DNA from: an uncultured Methanosarcinales archaeon
GTDB taxonomy: Archaea; Nanobdellota; Nanobdellia; Woesearchaeales; CAZPJY01
NCBI GenBank assembly: GCA_964587045.1
Contig: CAZPJY010000006.1
Span: 1 to 59,700, forward strand
Reading direction: 5' to 3'
DNA: 59,700 nucleotides
Every line of letters begins with the position of its first letter. Position 1 is the first letter of the stretch. The notes under the pieces were generated by a model, which ran no database searches, had not been told where the DNA came from, and saw only the letters and a list, made by a program, of their open reading frames with translations. This document shows, piece after piece, positions 9,362-17,302 of the stretch. A program made the position numbers and the translations under genes.

Positions 9362-9995
9362 TGGACGGGCACTCGAGCTGCTGGTGGCCGAGGTCCTCAA
9401 GCGGCAGGGCAAGCGGAAAGTCGGGACGAGGATGGACATAACTTACAGGAGCGACGGGCACCTGCTTGTCCACAACTACGACGTGGTCTTCTACGACCAT
9501 GGGTTGGGTCCTGTCAGGTGGGGACTCCATGTGGCTGAGGTCAAGTGCTACACGAGCTCCAAGGTGCCCGAGGTCGACATAAATCACTACCTGGGCAAGC
9601 TGCAGGACAACCGTATCGAACCGGCCAACGCGCTGTTCTACACCATAAGCGACTACACCAGGAAGGCACGCGCTAGGGCAAAGCTTGCCGGGCTAACCCT
9701 GCTCAACGGCAACGAGCTCGAGCGGGACTACCACACAGCCTTCGGAACAGACCCCAAGCTTGAGGGCATGCTCAAGAAGCTCTGCTCGGCAGAGACCTTG
9801 ATAAGGGAGAAGTCAGCGTCCGCCCGCAAGGTGAGCAGGTTCACCAAGGGGGCAACGCTGGCAGACCGTTTCCTGGCAGCGAGGATCGGATCGCTGATCA
9901 AACGGAAGCAGAAGTTCGAGGAGAAGATATCAAGATATCGGGACAAGCACAACATCCCGAAAATAGAGCAGATGATAATGGAGGGAAAAAAATGA
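9348..9995 (+). CDS. Mrr-like PD-(D/E)xK restriction endonuclease domain protein
   Basis: GRALELLVAEVL...YDVVF...VAEVKCY...SDYTRKARARA...LLNGNEL, matching the Mrr_cat pattern. Confidence 0.75.
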   Translation: MESNDGRALELLVAEVLKRQGKRKVGTRMDITYRSDGHLLVHNYDVVFYDHGLGPVRWGLHVAEVKCYTSSKVPEVDINHYLGKLQDNRIEPANALFYTISDYTRKARARAKLAGLTLLNGNELERDYHTAFGTDPKLEGMLKKLCSAETLIREKSASARKVSRFTKGATLADRFLAARIGSLIKRKQKFEEKISRYRDKHNIPKIEQMIMEGKK

Positions 9996-11047
9996 CAACG
10001 ACCGAAGCAAAGCAGGATGAGGACATACTCTCCCGCATGCAAAAGGAACAGGATGTAATCGACAAGGAGGAAGAAGTCGACCTGAGAAGCATAAGCGAGC
10101 TACTCCGCGAGGGGTCCTCTGCCACGGATAGGAGAAGGGGCAGGTACAACGAGACCGTTGGTTACAGGAACCTGAACAACGTGCTAAGGGAGATGGCCGA
10201 GCTGCAGTACCAAATAGAGAAGCGCTTCAGGGAGAAGGCTTCGCCCTACGTGAGGTTCTTCGAGGGCGTCAAGGAGAAGTACTTCAACTTGCTGGGCAGG
10301 GAGTACCAGAGGTTCACCCTCGACGAGCTGATGAGGATGCAGGTGACCAACGTCGAGAAGATCAACAACCACCTGCAAGAGGTCACGGGCAACACCAAGT
10401 TCGTGATAGACGACCTCCTCGACCACAAGAAGAGCGTGGTGCTCGAGAGGAAGGCGGCGAAGGAGGGCTTCAAGAAATACTCGACGGAGCTCGCGCAGAA
10501 GATCAAGAGGCACAAGGAGGTCACGGACGAGCTCAAGACCATGAAGAGGTCGGACCCGCTCTTCGACGACTATGAGATAGACCAAATGGAGCTGGACAAT
10601 GACATAAGCGAGCTCAAGCTCAACGCGACAGACCTTGGGACCAAGATGGTCTTCAAACATGACGAGCTGGGGCTTCTCAAGCAGTACGACAAGCTGATGA
10701 AGGTTTCATACAGCAGGTGCAAGCTGTTCTCCAGCAACGTCAAGAACATCAGCGAGCATGTAAAAAGCGTCCAGCCCTACATCAGGGCGCTCAAGGACCA
10801 GCAGGAGGGCATGGCCAACCTTTACAAGGCCGCAAAGCCACTGAGCGACTTCATAGTCAAGAGCATGGGACTGCTCGCGGAAGGGACGCGCGAGATGGGC
10901 AACATAATCAGGGAGGACCGGCTGAACGGAAACTTCCCAAAAGAGATGAGCGGAAGCCTGTCCGGCACGGTCAACGACATCCAAGCGGTCAACAGCCAGT
11001 ACTCTGACGAGCTCATCAACAGGATACAGGACTACCTCGACGGATGA
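9992..11047 (+). CDS. Long alpha-helical coiled-coil protein
   Basis: 351 aa, heptad-rich, no catalytic motif seen. Confidence 0.7.
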   Translation: MTTTEAKQDEDILSRMQKEQDVIDKEEEVDLRSISELLREGSSATDRRRGRYNETVGYRNLNNVLREMAELQYQIEKRFREKASPYVRFFEGVKEKYFNLLGREYQRFTLDELMRMQVTNVEKINNHLQEVTGNTKFVIDDLLDHKKSVVLERKAAKEGFKKYSTELAQKIKRHKEVTDELKTMKRSDPLFDDYEIDQMELDNDISELKLNATDLGTKMVFKHDELGLLKQYDKLMKVSYSRCKLFSSNVKNISEHVKSVQPYIRALKDQQEGMANLYKAAKPLSDFIVKSMGLLAEGTREMGNIIREDRLNGNFPKEMSGSLSGTVNDIQAVNSQYSDELINRIQDYLDG

Positions 11048-11820
11048 AGATGGCGCAGCTGAAGGCTTTCAGGCTTTACAGGCACCTCGCGGACCTCGAG
11101 AAGTGTCTGAAGGCCCTCTGCGAAAGGGTGGCTGTGCCCGACCTCGGAGGGGTGGTCAACGCGGTGCACGCCCTCAAGTACGAGCAGGTAGGGGAGATTG
11201 CGCAGGGCAGCGGCTTTCCTGTGGCAGGGGCGTACTACCAGCTGAGGCGCGACAGGGACATGCTGTCGGGCCGCACCGTCGAGGAGCGCGACCTGGTCTC
11301 GGAGTTTTCGCAGGCACTCCTCTCCAAGGACAGGAAGGCTGTCCGTGAGGCGCAAGAGGCCTACAGGGAGAGGAGGTACCTCAAGGCCGTTACCAAGCTG
11401 GCCCTGCCGCAAGAGGATTACGCCCTGGTAAGCGACGGGGAGATGAGGGGCTCTGAACTGAGCCACGACCCTAGCACGCCGTGGATCTGGAGGTGGTACC
11501 TGGCTGTGGGGGACTTCCGCAAGGCAGAGGTGGCCCAGTACGAGCTCTGCGAACCTGAGAGGCTCGCCAAGGTGCTCTCGATGAAGGGGGCTGACGTCGC
11601 TGTGGTCGAACGCACCTCGCTTGGGCCGTTCCACTCCAACGAGGCCAGGACCGACCTGGGCAAGCTCCTGTCAGAGGGCGAGTTCGCCCTTGAGCTTCGC
11701 AGGCAGACCTACACCCCTGTCGGAGGCTCGACCTCTGTTGTCACAGTCCTGGTCGGGTGCTGGTCTGGGGACTCCATTGCCCAGGCTGTGCCTGAAGCAG
11801 ACATATACAGGGTGGCATGA
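11044..11820 (+). CDS. Hypothetical protein
   Basis: 258-aa ORF coupled on both sides by ATGA overlaps. Confidence 0.6.
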   Translation: MKMAQLKAFRLYRHLADLEKCLKALCERVAVPDLGGVVNAVHALKYEQVGEIAQGSGFPVAGAYYQLRRDRDMLSGRTVEERDLVSEFSQALLSKDRKAVREAQEAYRERRYLKAVTKLALPQEDYALVSDGEMRGSELSHDPSTPWIWRWYLAVGDFRKAEVAQYELCEPERLAKVLSMKGADVAVVERTSLGPFHSNEARTDLGKLLSEGEFALELRRQTYTPVGGSTSVVTVLVGCWSGDSIAQAVPEADIYRVA

Positions 11821-13367
11821 TGGAAGTAAGGATTGCGGATGAGCGGATGCTCGAGGCCAGGCGGTCTGCTGAGTCGCGCCTCTACAGGAGGTACGACCAC
11901 GCAAGGCTGCTCACTCTCGGGAGGGACAAGCTTAAGCTGTCTGCTGAAGAGGCGATACTTTGTGACGGCATTGAAGGCTTGGTTGCCGCTTACCAGACTG
12001 TTTCTGAAAGCCTCGGATCTTACCCTGATGACATCAGGAACGGCTACTCGTGGTACGCCGCAGGGGCGTACGGCAAGTCGGTGCTCTCAAGGCTTCTGAG
12101 CCCACAGCCCATCCACCGCTCCCTGGACGAGTTCTCAAGCCTGTGCCCGGACTTTTCGGAGATCAACAACGGGGGACTTTCAGGGCCTTCATCCAGGAGC
12201 CTGGTGGAGTCCTCATACTTTTCGATAGTCAAGATGCTCAAGAAGCCGGAGGAGGTGACAGACTTCTCCTTTTGGTTCTTCGACCAGATAAGCACGAGGG
12301 GCCGGGCGCTCGCAGCCTCGCGCGAGATGCCCCACCTGGTAATAGACGGGCTTGCCATAGGACCTGCTCAGGAATCGGTTCTGCCCAAGGAGACCTTCGG
12401 CGACATAATCGGCCAGGACGAGGCCGTGGGCCGCATAGAGGAATTAGTGAGCCACGTCATGAAGTACAACACCCGCCGGTGTGTAAACCCGGTCGGGGAG
12501 TTTGCCAACTACGTGCTGCTGTACGGATATCCGGGAATGGGCAAGACCAGCACCGTGAAGGCCATCAAGAGGAAGATGCTGGAGGTCGGCTCCAGGAACG
12601 GCAAGCCAGTTGTTGTCAGGGAGGTTGACGGGGGAATCAAGGACAAGTGGTACGGCAACACCGAGCAGGCTTTGATAGCCAGCTTTGACGCGGTCAGGGC
12701 CAGGGATGTCATAGGGCTGCTGGTGGTTGACGACGCGGACGGACTTTTCCCCAGCAGGAACCTACTGGGCCACGGCGACCCCTCGAGGGGTCCGCAGCAG
12801 ACCCTGATGAGCCTGCTTGAAGGGGTCAAGACAGAGAACAGGTACAACCACCTGGTGGTTTTCATGACCAACCGCATGGACGACCTGGGCGAGGCGGTGC
12901 TTCAGAGGACTAGCCGGGCCCAGTTCGAATTCGCGAGGTACTCGAATGAGGGCCAGTATGAAAGGCTGATCAAGAAGAAGAGCGAGGGCTTCGACAGGTT
13001 CAAGGTAAAGGACTGGAAGGCTGTGGGGGGGTACTGCCTGGACAACAAGCTCTCGGCACGGGAGGTCACCAACGCTGTGACCGATGTCATAACCACAAGC
13101 AAGCGCTACAAGGACGAGGACTGGATGTACTCAAACGACTGCGACCCTTCAAAGGTCACCGAATCGATCAGGAAACAGTACAGGACTGTGACGGATAAGG
13201 AGCTGCTCGAGGCCTTGGCCGGCAAGGTGGAGATGCGCAGGCGCGGCAGGGAGATCCAGAGGTCATCCGAGATCAGCCAGATGTCTGAGCAGATACTCAG
13301 GCGGTTCGAGGCCGAGGACCTCGCTATAGAGGCACTTGCAAAGAGGATGGGTGAGGGGGATGGATAA
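11817..13367 (+). CDS. Classical-clade AAA+ ATPase
   Basis: Walker A GYPGMGKT, pore loop KWYG, Walker B LLVVDDAD, SRH-like MTNR..LGEAVLQR. Confidence 0.9.
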   Translation: MMEVRIADERMLEARRSAESRLYRRYDHARLLTLGRDKLKLSAEEAILCDGIEGLVAAYQTVSESLGSYPDDIRNGYSWYAAGAYGKSVLSRLLSPQPIHRSLDEFSSLCPDFSEINNGGLSGPSSRSLVESSYFSIVKMLKKPEEVTDFSFWFFDQISTRGRALAASREMPHLVIDGLAIGPAQESVLPKETFGDIIGQDEAVGRIEELVSHVMKYNTRRCVNPVGEFANYVLLYGYPGMGKTSTVKAIKRKMLEVGSRNGKPVVVREVDGGIKDKWYGNTEQALIASFDAVRARDVIGLLVVDDADGLFPSRNLLGHGDPSRGPQQTLMSLLEGVKTENRYNHLVVFMTNRMDDLGEAVLQRTSRAQFEFARYSNEGQYERLIKKKSEGFDRFKVKDWKAVGGYCLDNKLSAREVTNAVTDVITTSKRYKDEDWMYSNDCDPSKVTESIRKQYRTVTDKELLEALAGKVEMRRRGREIQRSSEISQMSEQILRRFEAEDLAIEALAKRMGEGDG

Positions 13368-14325
13368 CCTGGAAGAGCTTGCGACCACCCTTGGACGATT
13401 AGGGGAGAAAAACGATTTAATCCTCGATGACGGCTTCGTATCTGAGTTCATCGGAGCCCTGGACTGGTGCGGATCGGTCGTTGCTAGCAGGCAGTCCAAG
13501 CGTTTCTGCGAAAGGGTGCACGGCCAGGACATACCAGAGGCGCGCAAGCTGCTGGCCAGCCTAAAGAAAATTTCACTATTCTACAGGAGGATAGGCCTAG
13601 CGCCTGACGGGACTGAGGCGCTCGTGGAACGGGAGCTCTCCCACGCCGAGGAACGAGTGAGGGTGGACATGATTAATCTCAGTAGGGCGGCTGAGGCCCA
13701 CTTGGACTACATAGAATGCCGTGGGGGAGGCAGGGAGGCCGGTGACCTTGGCAGGGTGGTCGCCACCATGAGTGACCTTGCCGCAGGCTACAAGAGGTCG
13801 CACCCTTTGGTGGGTGTGGCCAAGGGCCTGATTGAGTCTGTCAGTGAGACGCGCGGCTTCGCAGGCGATCCTGAGGAGTGGGCCCGCAGGTACGTAGAGA
13901 CTGTGGGGCAGTATGAGAGCTCAGGATTCTACAGTTTCGTGCCCTACGGGTGGGGTACCATCCTAAGCAGGAATAGCGCAGCCGCTGGGGATGCGAAAAT
14001 CGTCAAGGAGAATGTGGAAGGAGCGGGTCCGCTCAGGATACCAATCGCTTATGCTTTCGATAGGTGCATGAGGGCTGCGGTCTCGAGGTCTAGGGGCGAC
14101 TCGGCAGTGAGGATAGTCCCTGATGTGGAGGAAAAGGATTCGTTTGTTGTGCTCAACGTCTATGACAACGGCCCGGGATTCGACGCGAGCTCCGGTGAGG
14201 GATGGGATTACCTGCTGGCCAGGGTTTTCGTCGAGTCTGTTGGCGGCAGCCTGACACTGCAGGGTCTAAAGGAGAGCTCGGACTGCAGGGGTTACTGCAA
14301 CGCCACGCTGAAATTTGCCAAGTGA
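13360..14325 (+). CDS. Protein with a degenerate C-terminal GHKL/HATPase-like domain
   Basis: LNVYDNGPGF (G1 box) and LARVFVESVGGSLTL; N and G2 boxes not recognisable. Confidence 0.55.
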   Translation: MDNLEELATTLGRLGEKNDLILDDGFVSEFIGALDWCGSVVASRQSKRFCERVHGQDIPEARKLLASLKKISLFYRRIGLAPDGTEALVERELSHAEERVRVDMINLSRAAEAHLDYIECRGGGREAGDLGRVVATMSDLAAGYKRSHPLVGVAKGLIESVSETRGFAGDPEEWARRYVETVGQYESSGFYSFVPYGWGTILSRNSAAAGDAKIVKENVEGAGPLRIPIAYAFDRCMRAAVSRSRGDSAVRIVPDVEEKDSFVVLNVYDNGPGFDASSGEGWDYLLARVFVESVGGSLTLQGLKESSDCRGYCNATLKFAK

Positions 14326-14328
14326 TTA

Positions 14329-14439
14329 TTCCGGTCTGTGTGAATGCAATCTTGGATTTCTTACAGCCAATCCAGAAAAATTACGAATCTCAACGGAATA
14401 TTTTCAGGTCTCCCGGAATTCTTCCAAGATTTTCCGGCA
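14329..14439. promoter_or_regulatory. Helically phased TTCCGGA-like motif array upstream of unit 2
   Basis: ttccggtc 14329, atccagaa 14370, ttacgaat 14381, tcccggaa 14411, ttccaaga 14422, ttccggca 14432; TTTAAA at 14446-14451. Confidence 0.55.
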
Positions 14440-14494
14440 AACCCATTTAAACTTGTTTTCTCGACGATAAATAGCCTTAGGGCGGAGGGATACA

Positions 14495-14935
14495 ATGAGA
14501 AAACCTTACGAGAACGACAAGCCTCTTTATGTCACGATCGAGCTGGTGACTGCCAAGACGCTTGACCCGACTCTCACCAAGCATGTGCCTGTGGAGTACA
14601 CAAAACAGAGGTTTCGGGACCTGTTCGATTTCATGATCGACCCCGAGAAGGACAACCTCAATCCGGGTTACACCATTGAAGAGAAGGCGACAGCAGAGAC
14701 CCTGAACGACTGGATTAGGAAGTACCAGCGCAACTCCGAGGACAAGCTCATCATAACCTACAAGGTCGACGGAAAACCGGTCGAGGACGCAGACCTTACC
14801 CTCGATGACATGGTGGGGGACTTCACCGACAGGATAATCCAGGTCGACAAGGTCGAGAGGGACGACGGCATCGTCGTGCCGGTCAAGAAGATCCACCTCT
14901 ACACGAGGTACGAGGATGGTGGGGCGGGATATTGA
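14495..14935 (+). CDS. Putative ubiquitin-like (beta-grasp) modifier with C-terminal GG-AGY
   Basis: YKVDGKPVEDADLTLDD and IHLYTRYEDGG parallel ubiquitin LIFAGKQLEDGRTLSD and LHLVLRLRGG; lies ahead of E2/JAB/E1. Confidence 0.65.
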   Translation: MRKPYENDKPLYVTIELVTAKTLDPTLTKHVPVEYTKQRFRDLFDFMIDPEKDNLNPGYTIEEKATAETLNDWIRKYQRNSEDKLIITYKVDGKPVEDADLTLDDMVGDFTDRIIQVDKVERDDGIVVPVKKIHLYTRYEDGGAGY

Positions 14936-16263
14936 GCGATCCCCACTCCGAGCTCCTGGCTGCAAACACCATCTTCGACTCGCTCCGGCTCACACGGGAG
15001 CCGGTGCTGGTCTGCGGAAGCAGGATGTACTCAATCGACATCCCCCTGGGTGAAGACCCGTCGGATTTCATCATCATCGACAGTACCAAGTACCCCCTAG
15101 AGGAGAGCCTTCCTGTGAGCAGCCTAGAAGCGATGTACCTCGACGACAACAGGGCTGGCATTGAGGGATACCTGAACCAGTACTTCATCTCGCTCAAGGA
15201 CAGGCACAACCGCCTGAGCGACGAGCTGAGCAGGCTGGACGGGATCTACTCCTCGATGAGCGAGCTCTCACTTGAGACCTTCATCAAGGTCGACGTCTTC
15301 CGGCAGTTCATCAACCTGTACAGCAGGAGCGCGGGCGGGAACCGTCAAACCATCGACCAAGACGTCGTAAACCAGTCACTCGAGATGCCAGACGTCCCGA
15401 CGGTGAGGGAGCTGTTTTCAGGCGAAAGCTTTTTTCGCAGGTACGTGGGCAGAAAGGATTTCCTCTTCCTGGATGGGAAGGTGCGCCAGGTCCAGGAGGT
15501 AAACAGCGAGGGCACCATCAGGATAGGACGGATAAGTTACGAGCAGGTGGGCGAGCCGATCCCGATGATTGAGTTCTGCGAAGGCTACAGGGAAACCATA
15601 ATATCCACGATTGATGCGCTCCTAACTGAGAGGGGCAAGGGGATCCTCAAGTCCATCGAGGAGAAGGTGAGGTGCAAGGAGTCCCTTGAGGCCAGCATAA
15701 GGGATTACCAGCAAGAAGTCGACATAGACAGGGACCTGCCCCAGCTCTCCATCAAGCAGATGAAGAAGGACAGGTACCAGGTCGTGATGGATCACCCTCC
15801 CTTCATCATCAAGAGGTCCAACTGCGGAGAGCCCAAGTTCTACAGGTTCGACGCCTTCAAGGCAAAGACCACGGTCAGCATGAAGGGCAAGACAGTCACA
15901 GTCCAATCACTGCCCAAGGTCGCCAAAGGGTACGCTCACCCATTCGTTTTCGGTGACGGCAGCATCTGCTACAACCCCGACTCCGACAGGCTGGCCGAGA
16001 CCATAGGGATTGACAGGCTGCCCATGTCGTTTTCCATCGACGGCAAGGACAGGATGCTGTACGCCAAGCGGATAGCCATGATGTTCGACCAGTGCAGGGA
16101 AGTGATGACCCGGGGCTACTTCAAAGACGAGAATGACATGCACCCTGTGATAAGGCTGTACCCTGAGAAGTTCCCGAGCAGCCTGATGACACAGGCCGCC
16201 GCGCTCAGGTCTGGCCTGAAGGTTTACGACAACGACAACAAGGGGGTGGTGATGGTTGGATGA
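14932..16263 (+). CDS. Putative E2 (UBC-fold) conjugating enzyme with a long N-terminal helical extension
   Basis: GYAHPFVFGDGSICY (His 15937, Cys 15967) resembles the UBC motif HPNxxxxGxIC. Confidence 0.6.
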   Translation: MSDPHSELLAANTIFDSLRLTREPVLVCGSRMYSIDIPLGEDPSDFIIIDSTKYPLEESLPVSSLEAMYLDDNRAGIEGYLNQYFISLKDRHNRLSDELSRLDGIYSSMSELSLETFIKVDVFRQFINLYSRSAGGNRQTIDQDVVNQSLEMPDVPTVRELFSGESFFRRYVGRKDFLFLDGKVRQVQEVNSEGTIRIGRISYEQVGEPIPMIEFCEGYRETIISTIDALLTERGKGILKSIEEKVRCKESLEASIRDYQQEVDIDRDLPQLSIKQMKKDRYQVVMDHPPFIIKRSNCGEPKFYRFDAFKAKTTVSMKGKTVTVQSLPKVAKGYAHPFVFGDGSICYNPDSDRLAETIGIDRLPMSFSIDGKDRMLYAKRIAMMFDQCREVMTRGYFKDENDMHPVIRLYPEKFPSSLMTQAAALRSGLKVYDNDNKGVVMVG

Positions 16264-17302
16264 CCCGCTGTCATGCATAAGGATAACCAGGAATGCCATG
16301 GGCAAGGCGCAATACATCTCAAGGCGGATCACGGAGATGACAGGGCTCGATCTCGAAGTCGCGTTCTACCTCCTCAACTCAAAGGATGCCTACGAGTCCG
16401 GGGACATAGCGGTAAGGGAGATAATGCTGCCACACGCACAGGTCGTCAGGGATTCCAAGTACACCATCCCAGGAAACGCGCTGATAATAGACAAGCACAA
16501 CTTCGGGAAGGAATGGGTCATGCACGGCTACGGGCATTCCCACGGCGGCATGGACGCCTTCCACTCCGGGCCTGACGACGATTCGCTGCGCATGAACCTC
16601 AAGTCGGGAGGTCTCAACTACGTCACCACCACGGAAGCCGAGCTGTTCGAGGGCGAATGGGAGGACGGCAGGGCCGTGTTCAGCATTGGCGGCAGGTCGT
16701 ACGTGCTCGATTTCGAGCTCATGGATCTTTTCAAACATGATGCCCTCAACAGCAGGAAGATAATCCTCGCGGAGAGGAGGCCCGAGGAGGTCGAGTTCCT
16801 CTATGGCATGGTCTTCAACAACAAGGGAAGCGATCCCTTCGGAGTCATAGGCATCAAGAGGGATGGTGAGATCACCCTCGAAGGCAGGGTGGGAATCAAG
16901 GTTATAGGGGAAGAATCCGAGTTCGACACAGAAGCGATTGATGCAAGGATGCTCTCCTCCATCAAGTGCGGGAGCAGGCCTCTTAGCGATTACGTCGCGA
17001 GAAAAGGATGCATCTGCAGCCTTCCCGACAAGTATGATCACGAGCAGCAGCACGCGTACAACAAGGACCTGATAGGCCTACATGAGAGATGGGCAGAAGG
17101 CAAGATAGAAGAAGTCGGGCCCGTACAGGAGCGACTCGACGACGACAGGGAGGAGCTGCGCAAGCGCCTGTACGCGCTGAACTCTGGGATGAAATCTCTC
17201 CTCCCTTCAAGGAGGGACAGGGAGGAGTCGGAGTTCATACAGAGGTCGATCAATGCCATCGACGGCCTCATCGAGGAGTTGGAGGCTAGGGGTGGGGAGT
17301 GA
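16256..17302 (+). CDS. JAB/MPN+ metalloprotease 1
   Basis: LEVAFYL (Glu), GHSHGGMDAFHSGPDD (HxH-x7-S-x2-D). Confidence 0.85.
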   Translation: MDDPLSCIRITRNAMGKAQYISRRITEMTGLDLEVAFYLLNSKDAYESGDIAVREIMLPHAQVVRDSKYTIPGNALIIDKHNFGKEWVMHGYGHSHGGMDAFHSGPDDDSLRMNLKSGGLNYVTTTEAELFEGEWEDGRAVFSIGGRSYVLDFELMDLFKHDALNSRKIILAERRPEEVEFLYGMVFNNKGSDPFGVIGIKRDGEITLEGRVGIKVIGEESEFDTEAIDARMLSSIKCGSRPLSDYVARKGCICSLPDKYDHEQQHAYNKDLIGLHERWAEGKIEEVGPVQERLDDDREELRKRLYALNSGMKSLLPSRRDREESEFIQRSINAIDGLIEELEARGGE

